From contig CAVTBU010000007.1 of NCBI GenBank assembly GCA_963733035.1, forward strand, positions 608,001 through 672,000: a stretch of 64,000 nucleotides of DNA. The letters are read 5' to 3'. How positions within the stretch are numbered: the first letter of the stretch is position 1; each line of letters begins with the position of its first letter. This stretch comes from Pirellulales bacterium (lineage in GTDB: Bacteria > Planctomycetota > Planctomycetia > Pirellulales > PALSA-1355). Made by a program: the position numbers and the translations under genes. Positions 53,607 through 63,296 of this stretch are shown in pieces. The notes under the pieces are model-generated. The model searched no databases and had not been told where the DNA came from. It saw only the letters and a list, made by a program, of their open reading frames with translations.

Positions 53607-54443
53607 CTACGTCGCAAGGGGGCTGTCCGGCGGCGATTTCCCGGCCTGGTGGAGCTGCCACAACAGCTCGGCGGTTTGAAACGGCTTGGAAATCACGCTG
53701 GCGACTCCCGCCGCACAAGCGGCACGCACATCGTCCGGACGCGGAAAGCTCGTGATTGCCAGGATCGGTGTCCCTGGCGATTGTTCTCGTATGCGACCGA
53801 TTCGTTCGTCATCCTGTAGCGCGGCGGCGTGCGTATCCCACAGTATGGCGTGGAATCGTATCGAGGGGGCGGGAGCGGCAGCTCCGGCGACGAACGTCTG
53901 GTAACCGGCGCGGCGGCAGACTTCGCAAAGGGCACGGCTGGCGGCCGAAGTCGGAGCCCGAACGAGAATCGCGCCGGATTGATCTACGTTTCCCAACGAA
54001 AGCGAATCACCCGCCAAGAGCTGTTCTTCCGGGGTTGCCGTAAGAGGCTGCGACCAACTTGGACGGCGACCGTCCAGGGAGGCTTCGAGCTCGATGGCCA
54101 TGCGCGAGGGCCACCGGTGCCAGTAGATTGCCGGACAACCCGAGGGTGGCCGCCCGCTTCGCGATTGGCCCTCGCACCAGCTTCCCGAGAGCCGGAGCAG
54201 GCGAGCCAAGGGAGCGGCCGCGCGGAGCGTGGCGACCGCCGCTTCACTCCAGACGCCGGGCCGCCTCTCGCAGAGGACAATGAGCGAGGGTGCGTATGCC
54301 ACGGCGTCGCCGAGCACGTTAAGAGCGCGCGACAAATCGGCGACTCGGCGCGCGCCCGGCACCCAGGCGGTTAGCTCCGTGCCGTCATAACCGCTGGTCG
54401 AGCGGGGCAGTTCGCCAACGAGCAGGACGTCGTGTGGATCCAT
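53607..54443 (-). CDS. Protein with divergent receiver-like domain(s)
   Basis: C-terminal AILWD...PILAITSF..GVASVISKPF receiver pattern; the N-terminal half has a similar but more degenerate alpha/beta pattern. Confidence 0.65.
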   Translation of the reverse strand: MDPHDVLLVGELPRSTSGYDGTELTAWVPGARRVADLSRALNVLGDAVAYAPSLIVLCERRPGVWSEAAVATLRAAAPLARLLRLSGSWCEGQSRSGRPPSGCPAIYWHRWPSRMAIELEASLDGRRPSWSQPLTATPEEQLLAGDSLSLGNVDQSGAILVRAPTSAASRALCEVCRRAGYQTFVAGAAAPAPSIRFHAILWDTHAAALQDDERIGRIREQSPGTPILAITSFPRPDDVRAACAAGVASVISKPFQTAELLWQLHQAGKSPPDSPLAT

Positions 54444-54577
54444 GAAGGTGCGGTTCCAGTCTGCGTTTTCGACTGAGATTGGCGGGCGAACCAATAACGG
54501 ATTGGCAGCCCTGGTCGCAGTGTAGCGTAGAGCGTCTTGTCGGCTAAGAGTGACGCACGTCTGTACTCCGCGGGCGC

Positions 54578-54610
54578 AAAAAAAGCCCCGCGCTGCTGCG
54601 CGGGGCTTTT
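54578..54610 (-). terminator. Intrinsic terminator after the DUF1559 gene
   Basis: AAAAAAAGCCCCGCGC-tgct-GCGCGGGGCTTTT. Confidence 0.9.
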
Positions 54611-54633
54611 GAGGGGCTCGCTTGGTTTAGCAA

Positions 54634-55860
54634 CTATTCCGGAAGGTCAACGACGTCGTCCGCTCTCATGGTCGACAACCGCTGGTAGGTGAGCATGTCG
54701 ATGTCGTCGCCCAAGAAGTGCACGGAGCCGTCGGCAAACAGGAAGTTGCCTCCGCCACTATGATCGCTCCTGAAGTTGGCGGTAGAGAACTGCCACATGC
54801 CGGTCGGATTTGACTTGGAGTAGCTTGAATTCAATATTTTCGGGCCTAGGGTCATGGTTGGCGAACCAGGACCAGCCGGCGGCAATATGCCATTCGCCGG
54901 TGGTATCGAAATAAAATCTTCCTGGCCCGCTCCGTTATTGGGGCTCCAGCACTGGGTCACCGGATTTTTGTTCATCGGTTCGAGCGTGCAGGCATAGATC
55001 CCCGTCTCGAAGAGGGCAATGGCACCGGTAGCCACTTGCGTAAACGCGACCTGCCCGCAAATCCAGCCGGCCCAGGGCTTGTAAGGAAGTCCATTGTTCG
55101 ATTTGGTCGTCGGAACGTAGCGATTGTTGCTAGGCGCATTCAGGCTCGTGATCGACCAGGCGGAACCGTCGGCTCCCTCACCCATGGCAATCGTGTGCGA
55201 CGTGCCGTCGGTGATCTTGCGGATCGGCGCGCCCCAGTTCACGTCAAAAATGCCACGGTAGTACTTCGTTTGGTTTCCGGGAGCTCTGCACCACGTGTCG
55301 GAAATACCCTTGCAGAGGATGTAGTTTGTCGTGCCGTACCCCTGGTTCTTTAGCTGATAGCTGGGATTGCCGCTTTTATTAACCGCGATCAGAAATACCG
55401 TCGACAATTGTATGTCTTCATGGGGATTTTCGCCGTCGGCGCTCGGACAATTAAACACGGGGATCACCGTGGCCGGAACCGTGAAGTAGTAGTAACCGCC
55501 CGACGATTTCGTAACATCCCAAACCCCGGTCTGATGCTGCCAGTCGGTCGTCTGGTTGTAAAGACTTTTGAGAGCTGCTTCCTCGAAGTAAGGCAGCATC
55601 ATCGCATAGAAGGACGAATACGTTTGATTCTGATCGAAGGTGGTACCAGTGTCGATGGCGCCAGGCGGGAACGTTTTCAGCGCGTCGTGATAGGTTTGCA
55701 TCGCGATGCCGAACTGCTTGATGTTGTTCGTGCACTTCGACCGCCGAGCGGCCTCTCGCGCGGCCTGAATGGCCGGCAGCAACAGCGCCACGAGCACGCC
55801 GATGATGGCGATCACCACCAGCAGCTCCACCAGGGTAAATCCACGTTTTCTGCCCGTCAT
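54634..55860 (-). CDS. DUF1559 prepilin-type protein with H-X9-DG C-terminus
   Basis: GFTLVELLVVIAIIGVLVALLLPAIQAAREAARR, ITDGTSHT and FRSDHSGGGNFLFADGSV. Confidence 0.96.
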   Translation of the reverse strand: MTGRKRGFTLVELLVVIAIIGVLVALLLPAIQAAREAARRSKCTNNIKQFGIAMQTYHDALKTFPPGAIDTGTTFDQNQTYSSFYAMMLPYFEEAALKSLYNQTTDWQHQTGVWDVTKSSGGYYYFTVPATVIPVFNCPSADGENPHEDIQLSTVFLIAVNKSGNPSYQLKNQGYGTTNYILCKGISDTWCRAPGNQTKYYRGIFDVNWGAPIRKITDGTSHTIAMGEGADGSAWSITSLNAPSNNRYVPTTKSNNGLPYKPWAGWICGQVAFTQVATGAIALFETGIYACTLEPMNKNPVTQCWSPNNGAGQEDFISIPPANGILPPAGPGSPTMTLGPKILNSSYSKSNPTGMWQFSTANFRSDHSGGGNFLFADGSVHFLGDDIDMLTYQRLSTMRADDVVDLPE

Positions 55861-55973
55861 AACCTGCACCCCCTTGTCATGGATGGGACACCACGCGTCG
55901 ATCGCAGCCGTGGTCACTAAAAGATAATAAGAGAATTGCCGGCGCCGACACTCCTGGCCAGCGCCCGAACCCT

Positions 55974-56002
55974 AGTATCTGCTTTTACGCTTCCTTTGTC
56001 AA
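55974..56002 (-). promoter_or_regulatory. Putative sigma70 promoter of the DUF1559 gene
   Basis: TTGACA-N17-GATACT on the minus strand. Confidence 0.55.
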
Positions 56003-56108
56003 AGGATTTCCCCAGGATTCGAACCAACCCAATTCAGCCCCGCCAGTAGGCCCCCGGCAACGTGCCGGCATCAGGGGGCCGCGGGCGCGGCGAGCGCAGA
56101 TTAGCTCG

Positions 56109-56813
56109 TCAAATCAGGCCCCTTTCGCACTCCAGCAGCGCTTCACGAACGGCCGCCGCATCACTGGCCGACCGCAGTTGGTCGATCAAACCGGGGTCCG
56201 AGAGCAACCGGCTGAGCCTTGCCAATACGCGCAAATGTCCGCGGTCGTCGACCGACAGGATAAGAAAAAAAAGATCGGTCAGTGCTCGGCCTCCGAACGG
56301 AATGCCCGTGGCCGTGCGGCCAAAGGCGACGAACGGCTGCGCGAGAATGCTGGCCAGCGGGCGGCGGGGATGCAGCAGCGCCACTCCGCCGTCGAGCGCC
56401 GTGGGGAGCATATCCTCGCGGGCACGCACCGCCTCGGCCAGCTTGGCCGTATCCCACAGCCAGCCGGTCCGCGCGGCCACGTCGACCAGCGAGGTGATGA
56501 CGCTGCCGCGGGTCCGCGCGGGCAGCGGCACGGCAATCGCCTCGAGCGGCAGTAGGTCGGCAAACGAGATGGCCGCCTCGCCGGCCGCGGTGGCGGCCTT
56601 GTCGAGCACCCCTTCCATCTGCACGAGCTCGGCGTCGGTCGAGAGGCCGATCTGCTCTTCCAGCCAATGATGAATCTCGGGCTGCGCGAATCGCCACTGC
56701 CCGGCCACCTTGCGGCCCGGCAACTTTCCCCGCTCGACCAGCTTGAGCACCTGCGCCGGATCGAGGTGCAAATAAGCCGCCAGGCTCTCAATACCAAAGT
56801 CGTCGTCAGACAT
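56109..56813 (-). CDS. PTS IIA (Ntr/fructose-type) with N-terminal excisionase-like HTH
   Basis: LAAYL..GKLPGRKVAGQWRF HTH; REDMLPTALDGGVALLHPR (phospho-His); HLRVLARLSRL. Confidence 0.92.
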   Translation of the reverse strand: MSDDDFGIESLAAYLHLDPAQVLKLVERGKLPGRKVAGQWRFAQPEIHHWLEEQIGLSTDAELVQMEGVLDKAATAAGEAAISFADLLPLEAIAVPLPARTRGSVITSLVDVAARTGWLWDTAKLAEAVRAREDMLPTALDGGVALLHPRRPLASILAQPFVAFGRTATGIPFGGRALTDLFFLILSVDDRGHLRVLARLSRLLSDPGLIDQLRSASDAAAVREALLECERGLI

Positions 56814-57145
56814 GGAAACAATTTCGCCGCTGATGAGGGTGTCGTGCAGTCGCCAGCTCCGGCTGGCATCCTGTCGAGCATGATTCGCAACCAATGAACA
56901 ATCCACCCATACTCTAACCTTTGTCGTGGCGGCCGCCATCAAAAACCGGACGTTCTTGCCAGGTGATCCGGACCGTGCACGGCAATCGGGGGTATCACCG
57001 CTGGGCAGGCCCGAGGTTGTACCCGAAGCGCGCCGACTTCGCGGCTCCCCGTTCCTCGGCCGCGTGGCACTCCACTGCGAGAGTCACTCCAATTTCGAGG
57101 TCGTAGTGAGCGCGAACGTGTCCGGACGTCGCTGCTTTTTTCCGT

Positions 57146-57650
57146 CTTTGTGTCCTTGGTGCCTTGGTGGTTGATTCTTCTGTCGCAGTTGCGAAACCGG
57201 GGATTCACCACGAAGGCACGAAGACACAAAGGAGCGGAGAACAGGAAGCTTGGCTTGCTTGGTGAACTCCGCGGCCGATTCGGTTGCTTGTTGGAGATCG
57301 AGGGACGCGCGACTGGCTTTTGCTTTTGGTGCTTTGTGTTCTTGGTGCCTTTGTGGTTGATTCTTGCGTTGTCGTTCCGAAACCGGGGATTCACCACAAA
57401 GGCACGAAGACACAAAGGAGTGGAGAACAGGAGGCATGGCTTGGTCGGTGAACTCCGCGGCCGATTCGGTTGCTTGTTGAAGGCCCGACAAGGCCGTGCT
57501 TGGTACCGTTCCGAAATTGGTCCTTATCACTGGCATTGAACTCGACTGGTTTTTGCTTTTCCTTCTTTGTGTTCTTGGTGCCTTGGTGGTTGATTCTTCT
57601 TTCGTAGAGTCCAAGCAAGGGATTCGCCACCAAGACACGAAGGCACAAAG
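57146..57650. repeat. Array of three long inverted-repeat units with related linkers
   Basis: Left arms CTTTGTGTYCTTGGTGCCTTKGTGGT at 57146, 57332 and 57565; right arms RCCACVAAGRCACGAAGRCACAAAG at 57207, 57393 and 57626; every loop is 35 nt. Confidence 0.92.
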
Positions 57651-58505
57651 TGAGGAGGCAAGGGATACGGGCGCGGAGCAAGCGCGCAGCGGCGCGCTGG
57701 CGAAGCAATAAAAATGGTGCCGCTGGCCCGGTTGAGCCGGGATTGGACTCTGAAACGCTTGTTAAGGGTTAGTTGACCACTCCTCGACCATCGACCGAGA
57801 ACAGCGGCACGCGGAACGGCCACCCGTTTTTGCTCAGGCGGTCGTTTCCAACCGTACGCCGTTCCCGCCGATCGGGACCCGCCTGAGACTTGGGCAAAGC
57901 TCCCGCGGCACGACCTCCCACACCGAGCGCTATCTGCAGCTAGCGCGAGTGATCGGAGGAGCATGGGTCGAGGACATAAGCGGCCGCGAAACGTTGTTCA
58001 CGGAAATCACGTGCCGCTTGCGCCGGGGCTCAGACAAGCCGATCCTACGCCCCGGGATTAACGTCCCCACTTGGCCACGCAGGCCACCGGACTGCTCGCG
58101 ATTGTGCACCAGGTGCTGGCCCGAATTCAAGCGAGCAATTTCCGCGGACGAAAATCAGGCGGCAATTTCCAGATCTCGAGGTGGGACACAGACCAACAGC
58201 AGATCGAAGCAAGCAAGGGCGCAATGGAGGCGACAACCCTGGGTATTTCCTGCGGATCCACTCCAGAACGAGGTGCGCATCGCCGCTATCCAGTCCACCT
58301 TGCGGCCGAAGACGATCTTGGAACGGAATGCCCCCCGGGATGATCTCTATCGCGGTCCGGGGCAGGTGAGAAACCAGTCGAACCAAGCGATGTGCAGGGG
58401 CAATTCAACGCGTGCAAGCGTCATGCGTGTCGAGCAACAGTGATTGGTCTGCTAGCGTGCTTCGTTCCAGAACATCCGCGCTCCGCCCTCCTAGATAAAC
58501 CCGCC

Positions 58506-58533
58506 TTGACAGGTCTCGGGAAATCGCCAGAAT
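58506..58533 (+). promoter_or_regulatory. Putative sigma70 promoter of the mur operon
   Basis: TTGACA-N16-CAGAAT about 150 bp upstream of murE. Confidence 0.55.
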
Positions 58534-58680
58534 CCCGCCACGCTGTTTTCTGAAACGGGTGGTTCTGGTGGGAGGTCTTCCCGCGGAACGCTTTATTAAA
58601 TAGAGATGCGCCGGGCAGGCTGGTGAGGCCGCCGAAGCGCGTCTTGGTGGCAACGGCTTTGGCACGGAGGCCAGGCTCTC

Positions 58681-60192
58681 ATGTCGCGGTTGGGTTCGTC
58701 GAGCGAGCCACTGAGCTTGCGCGAGATGCTTTCCGGGGCCGTCATCGACGGTTCAGGTGAGCTGCGCGTGACGGGCTGTTCGTGCGATTCGCGCGCCTGC
58801 CACCCCGGCGATGCCTTCGTTGCCATCCGTGGCACACACGTCGACGGCCACGACCATCTTGCCGAGGCCGTGGCCCGCGGCGCGACGGCTGTCGTTGCCG
58901 AGAGGCCGGTGAAGGCCGCCGTGCCGGTGTACGTGGTGCCGGACTCGCGGCAGGCGCTGGGTGCGCTGTGCCAGGCGATTGCCGGACATCCGAGCCGCAA
59001 GTTGCGCACGATCGGAGTGACGGGCACCAACGGCAAGACCACCACCACGCACCTGGTCGCCAGCGTGCTGGAAGCCGCCGGCTATGGCGCGGGGCTGCTG
59101 GGGACGCTCAAATGCTTTGACGGATTGGAGACGACGCCCGCGGAGTTGACCACGCCGACTGCGCCGGAGATTGCCGCCTGGATGCGGCGGATGGTCGAAA
59201 ACGGCTGCTCGCACGCCGTGCTGGAGATTTCCAGCCATGCGATTGCCCAGCGGCGGATCGCCGGCATCGAACTGGCCGCGGCGTGCCTGACGAACTTGCG
59301 TCGCGATCACCTCGACTACCACCCAACGCTCGTCCACTACCACCAGACCAAGAGCCGGATCTTCGAAGCGCTAGGGCCAGCCGGCCTGGCGGTCGTCAAC
59401 GCCGACGATCCGGCAAGCCGCGAGTACGCCCCGCTGGTTCCAGGCGGCGTATTGACGGTGGGCATGCATTCGATGGCCAACGTGACGGCCCAATTGCTCG
59501 ATCGATCGAAGAGCGAACAAACATTTTTGCTGACGGCCGGCGACATGACCGCGGCCGTGCGGACCGCGATGATCGGTGACCACCACGTGCACAATTGCCT
59601 GATTGCCGCGGCCGTGGGCCTGGCCGAGGGGATCGACCTGCCGACGATTGTCCGCGGACTGGAAAACGTCAGCCGCGTGCCGGGCCGGCTCGAGCGGATC
59701 GAATGCGGACAGCCGTTTGGCGTCTATGTTGACTACGCCCACACGCCCGATGCCCTGGAGACGGCGCTGGAGACGATTCGCGCGGTCGCGGCTGGGCGAT
59801 TGATTTGCGTGTTTGGCGCCGGTGGCAATCGCGACGTGGTCAAGCGGCCCTTGATGGGACGCGCCGTCGAGCAGCGTGCCGACGTGGCCGTTGTGACCAC
59901 CGACAACCCACGGCACGAGGATCCCGGTTCGATTGCGTCCGACATCCTCGCCGGCTGTCAGCGGCGCGAGGCGGTGCGTTACGTGCCCGATCGGTCGGAA
60001 GCGATTCGGTATGCCCTGTCGCTGGCCGGTCCGGATGATTGCGTGCTGATCGCAGGCCGCGGACACGAAGCCTTTCAGATCGTGGGCGAGCGGCGGCTCG
60101 CGCTCGACGACCGCGAAGTGGCGCGGCGGTACTTGTACAACCTGGAGCCCGCATCGCCGTATGGCGCGCTGGCCAGCGTATCGAACTCATAA
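58681..60192 (+). CDS. murE: UDP-MurNAc-tripeptide synthetase (meso-DAP type)
   Basis: GVTGTNGKTT, LTTP, EISSH, DHLDYH, VDYAHTPD and the DNPR DAP-specificity motif. Confidence 0.96.
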   Translation: MSRLGSSSEPLSLREMLSGAVIDGSGELRVTGCSCDSRACHPGDAFVAIRGTHVDGHDHLAEAVARGATAVVAERPVKAAVPVYVVPDSRQALGALCQAIAGHPSRKLRTIGVTGTNGKTTTTHLVASVLEAAGYGAGLLGTLKCFDGLETTPAELTTPTAPEIAAWMRRMVENGCSHAVLEISSHAIAQRRIAGIELAAACLTNLRRDHLDYHPTLVHYHQTKSRIFEALGPAGLAVVNADDPASREYAPLVPGGVLTVGMHSMANVTAQLLDRSKSEQTFLLTAGDMTAAVRTAMIGDHHVHNCLIAAAVGLAEGIDLPTIVRGLENVSRVPGRLERIECGQPFGVYVDYAHTPDALETALETIRAVAAGRLICVFGAGGNRDVVKRPLMGRAVEQRADVAVVTTDNPRHEDPGSIASDILAGCQRREAVRYVPDRSEAIRYALSLAGPDDCVLIAGRGHEAFQIVGERRLALDDREVARRYLYNLEPASPYGALASVSNS

Positions 60193-60253
60193 AGCTGGAA
60201 GATAGACGTCAAACCGGTGCGGGCGAAGCAGGCCCGGCCAGCAGGTGAAGTGC

Positions 60254-61656
60254 ATGGTGGATGTAACCGTCAAGCAATTGCATGAAATCGTGGGTGGTCG
60301 CTTGCGGCTGGCGACGCTTGCACCACGTCATGGCGAAATGGCGCGCGTGGGCCGAGTCGTCACCGACAGCCGGCAGGTACAGCATGGCGATGTCTTCTGG
60401 GGGCTGCCGGGAAGTCAGTTCGACGGAGCCCAATTTGTCGGCGATGGGTTCGCTCGCGGCGCCGAAGGCGTGGTCGTGGGTCAGAAATACGTTCAACCGG
60501 CGCCAGGATGCTGGAGCCTGGAAGTCGATGACGCGCGGCAGTCGCTGGTGAAGCTGGCCTGCTGGAACCGAGGCCGCTCGAGTGGCCGCGTGGTGGCGGT
60601 GACCGGCAGCGTCGGCAAGACAACGACCCGGCAGATGATTCGAGCCGTACTCGAACAACAATTTTGCGGCATCGGCAGCCCGAAGAACTACAACAACCAC
60701 GTGGGCGTACCGCTCTCGATGCTGGCGATGGAACCGCGGCATGATTTTGCCGTGTTGGAATTGGCCGCCAGCGCTGCCGGCGAAATTGGCTGTTTGGCGG
60801 AACTGTGCCGGCCGCAGGTCGGTGTGATCACGCGGATTGGCGACGCGCACCTGGGCGGCTTTGGTTCGCTCGACGCAGTCGCGGCCGCCAAGGCCGAACT
60901 ACTCGCGACCCTGCCAAGCGACGGCTACGCCGTGCTGGCCGGCGACGACGCGCGACTGCGAAGACTCGCGTCGGGCTGCCGGGCGAAGGTCGTGTGGTTT
61001 GGCCGATCGCTCGAGAATGATCTGGTTGCAACCAACGTCGAGAGTCGCGACGGCCGGCTGAGTTTCGACGTCGACGGCACGCACATGTCGGTGGCCGTTT
61101 GGGGCCGCCATCACTTGTGTAGCGCACTGGCCGCCGTGGCCGTCGGCCGGATCTTTGGCATGCGCGACGTGGAGATCAGTCGCGGGCTATGCGATTTCGA
61201 GCCACCTCCGATGCGGTGTCAGATTTTCAAAGTCGGCGGCGCCACGATCATCGACGACTCGTACAACGCCAGCCCCGTTGCGATGCGGGCCGCGCTGGAA
61301 CTGCTGCGCAACATCAACGCGCCGGGCCGCCGGATCGTCGTTTGCGGCGACATGCGTGAACTCGGCGAAGCGGCCGGTCGCTTGCACCGGCACCTGGGCG
61401 ACCAGGTGGTGACGGTGTGCGGAGCCGACATGTTGTTAGCCTGCGGGAAGTATCGCGACGAAGTAGTCGACGGCGCGCGGACCGCTGGCATGCCAATGTC
61501 GCGGGCCGTGGCCGTGACCGACGTGGAACAACTGATGGTGCACTGTCAGGACGTCGTGCAGCCGGGAGACGTACTTCTGATCAAGGGATCGCGCGCCTGG
61601 CGATGGAACGGCTCGTCGAGCTGCTGGCACGGCGCGAAGTGAGTTGCGTGGCCTAG
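60254..61656 (+). CDS. murF: UDP-MurNAc-pentapeptide synthetase; apparent missing C at about 61596
   Basis: VTGSVGKTTT, NYNNHVGVP, DDSYNASP, GDMRELG and KGSR, then LAMERLV in the next frame. Confidence 0.94.
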
Positions 61657-62018
61657 CGGTGTGACGAACAAAGGAACAATCAACCCGATACATTTGTGAG
61701 CTCCATCGAAGGTGTAGAGTTTGCGGGAACTCGACACTACCCTCCCTCCTGGGTAGGAGCATTGGCTCGCTGGATCACGCGGTTACTGGGTCGACCGCGC
61801 CGGTGAGTGCTTCGCGATGGAACTCAAGCACTGAGCGTCGGGGCGGCGGTAAAACGCCGCTCCGACGGCTCAGGGAACACGCCGAGGCCGAGTGAAATCG
61901 GCTGCCGGCACAAAGTTTTAAGACGCCGGCCACGGGCGGGGCCGGCGCACTTGCCCCAAGAGCGCCAGCCCCTCACGCGACACCGCCACATTTCACTGGT
62001 TCATTCGAGCAGTTGTCC

Positions 62019-63215
62019 ATGTTTGTCTTGCTGGCTCAGCGTTTGTCTGCTGCCTGGCCGGGACTTCTCGGGCCTGTTCCGCCGGGTGAACACAACCTCG
62101 GCTTATCAACGCGCGCCGTGCTGGCGGCCGTCGCGAGCTTTCTGTTGGCAATGCTTTGCGCCCGCGCTGCATTGCCTGGCTGCGGGTCCGCTATCGCGAA
62201 CCGGTCAAGACGGCGTCGGCCGAGGTGGCCCGCCTGCACGCGAAAAAACAAAACACGCCCACGATGGGCGGCGTGTTCTTGACGGGGTTGGTGGTTGCCG
62301 TGGCACTCGCGTTCGGCGATCGCGACAATGCGTATTTGCGAATCACGCTAGTCACCGCCGCCGCGCTTTGCGGGCTGGGGACGATCGACGATTGGATCAA
62401 GTTGCGCACCGCGCAACGGGGACTTTCCGCCCGAAGCAAGCTGGCAGCGCAAGCCGTCATCGCAATCGCCGCGACCACACTTATCTACTCGGTGCATCTG
62501 CACGTTCCGGACGCGACGAAACTGAACCTGCCTTGGGTGGGTAGCTTTGAAATGGGGTGCTGGTTCGTGCCGTGGGCGGCGCTCGTTGTTATCGCTTCGT
62601 CGAACGCCGTGAATCTGACGGACGGGCTCGACGGTCTGGCGGGCGGATGTCTGGTTTGGTCGGCCGCGGCATTGAGTTTGGTTGCCTTCATTGCCGGGCG
62701 GGCGGACTTGGCCGCGGCGCTGGGCGCCGTACGTTCCTGGTACGGGAGAGATGGTCGTCGTTTGCGCGGCTTTCGGTGGCGGTGTCCTGGCGTTCCTCTG
62801 GTTCAATTGTCATCCGGCATCCGTATTCATGGGAGACGCAGGGTCGCTGCCGCTCGGCGGGGTGTTGGGGCTCGTCGCCGTCATCACGCGGCAAGAGTTG
62901 TTGCTCGTCGTGATCGGCGGTGTATTTGTCGTCGAAGCATTGAGTGTGATCATACAGGTCGGGTCGTATCGATGGATGCGTCGACGCGTGTTCTTGTGCG
63001 CGCCACTGCATCACCACTTTCAATTGCGAGGTTGGCCCGAGGACAAGATCGTGGTGCGGTTCTGGATTGCGGCCGGCTTATGCGCCGTGGCCGGCCTGGC
63101 GACGCTCGCAACGGGGGCGACCGGGTTTGCCCGACCCGGACAATCGGCATTTTTGCCTTCCGAGGGGGCCAGGGCGTTGAACCAAGAACCGCCAACTTTC
63201 GCCGAACTATTTTGA
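62019..63215 (+). CDS. mraY: Phospho-MurNAc-pentapeptide transferase; apparent frameshifts at about 62160 and 62727
   Basis: [35 protein letters not shown] and APLHHHF spread over three frames. Confidence 0.94.
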
Positions 63216-63296
63216 AGAGGATCGTGTCCTAGTAGCATTCACCGCCCGAGCCGCATCGGACGACTCGCGCGGCGGATTGAATCTTGGACCAGTGTC

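Noticed and set aside
52582..53679. 365-aa plus-strand ORF
   Set aside because: Antisense shadow of the SDR gene.
56005..56040. tRNA suggested by GGTTCGAATCC on the minus strand
   Set aside because: No complete T-stem, acceptor stem or anticodon arm.
56939..57638. ORFs of 129-184 aa across the repeat array
   Set aside because: They are translations of the DNA repeats in several frames, with no RBS and no protein-like composition.
57146..57650. CRISPR array
   Set aside because: Repeats alternate in orientation, the intervening sequences are related to each other, the period is 186-233 nt, and there are no cas genes in the window.
61657..62018. RNase P RNA, SRP RNA or tmRNA
   Set aside because: No GAGGAAAGTCC on either strand, no SRP domain IV loop, and no tRNA-like ends.
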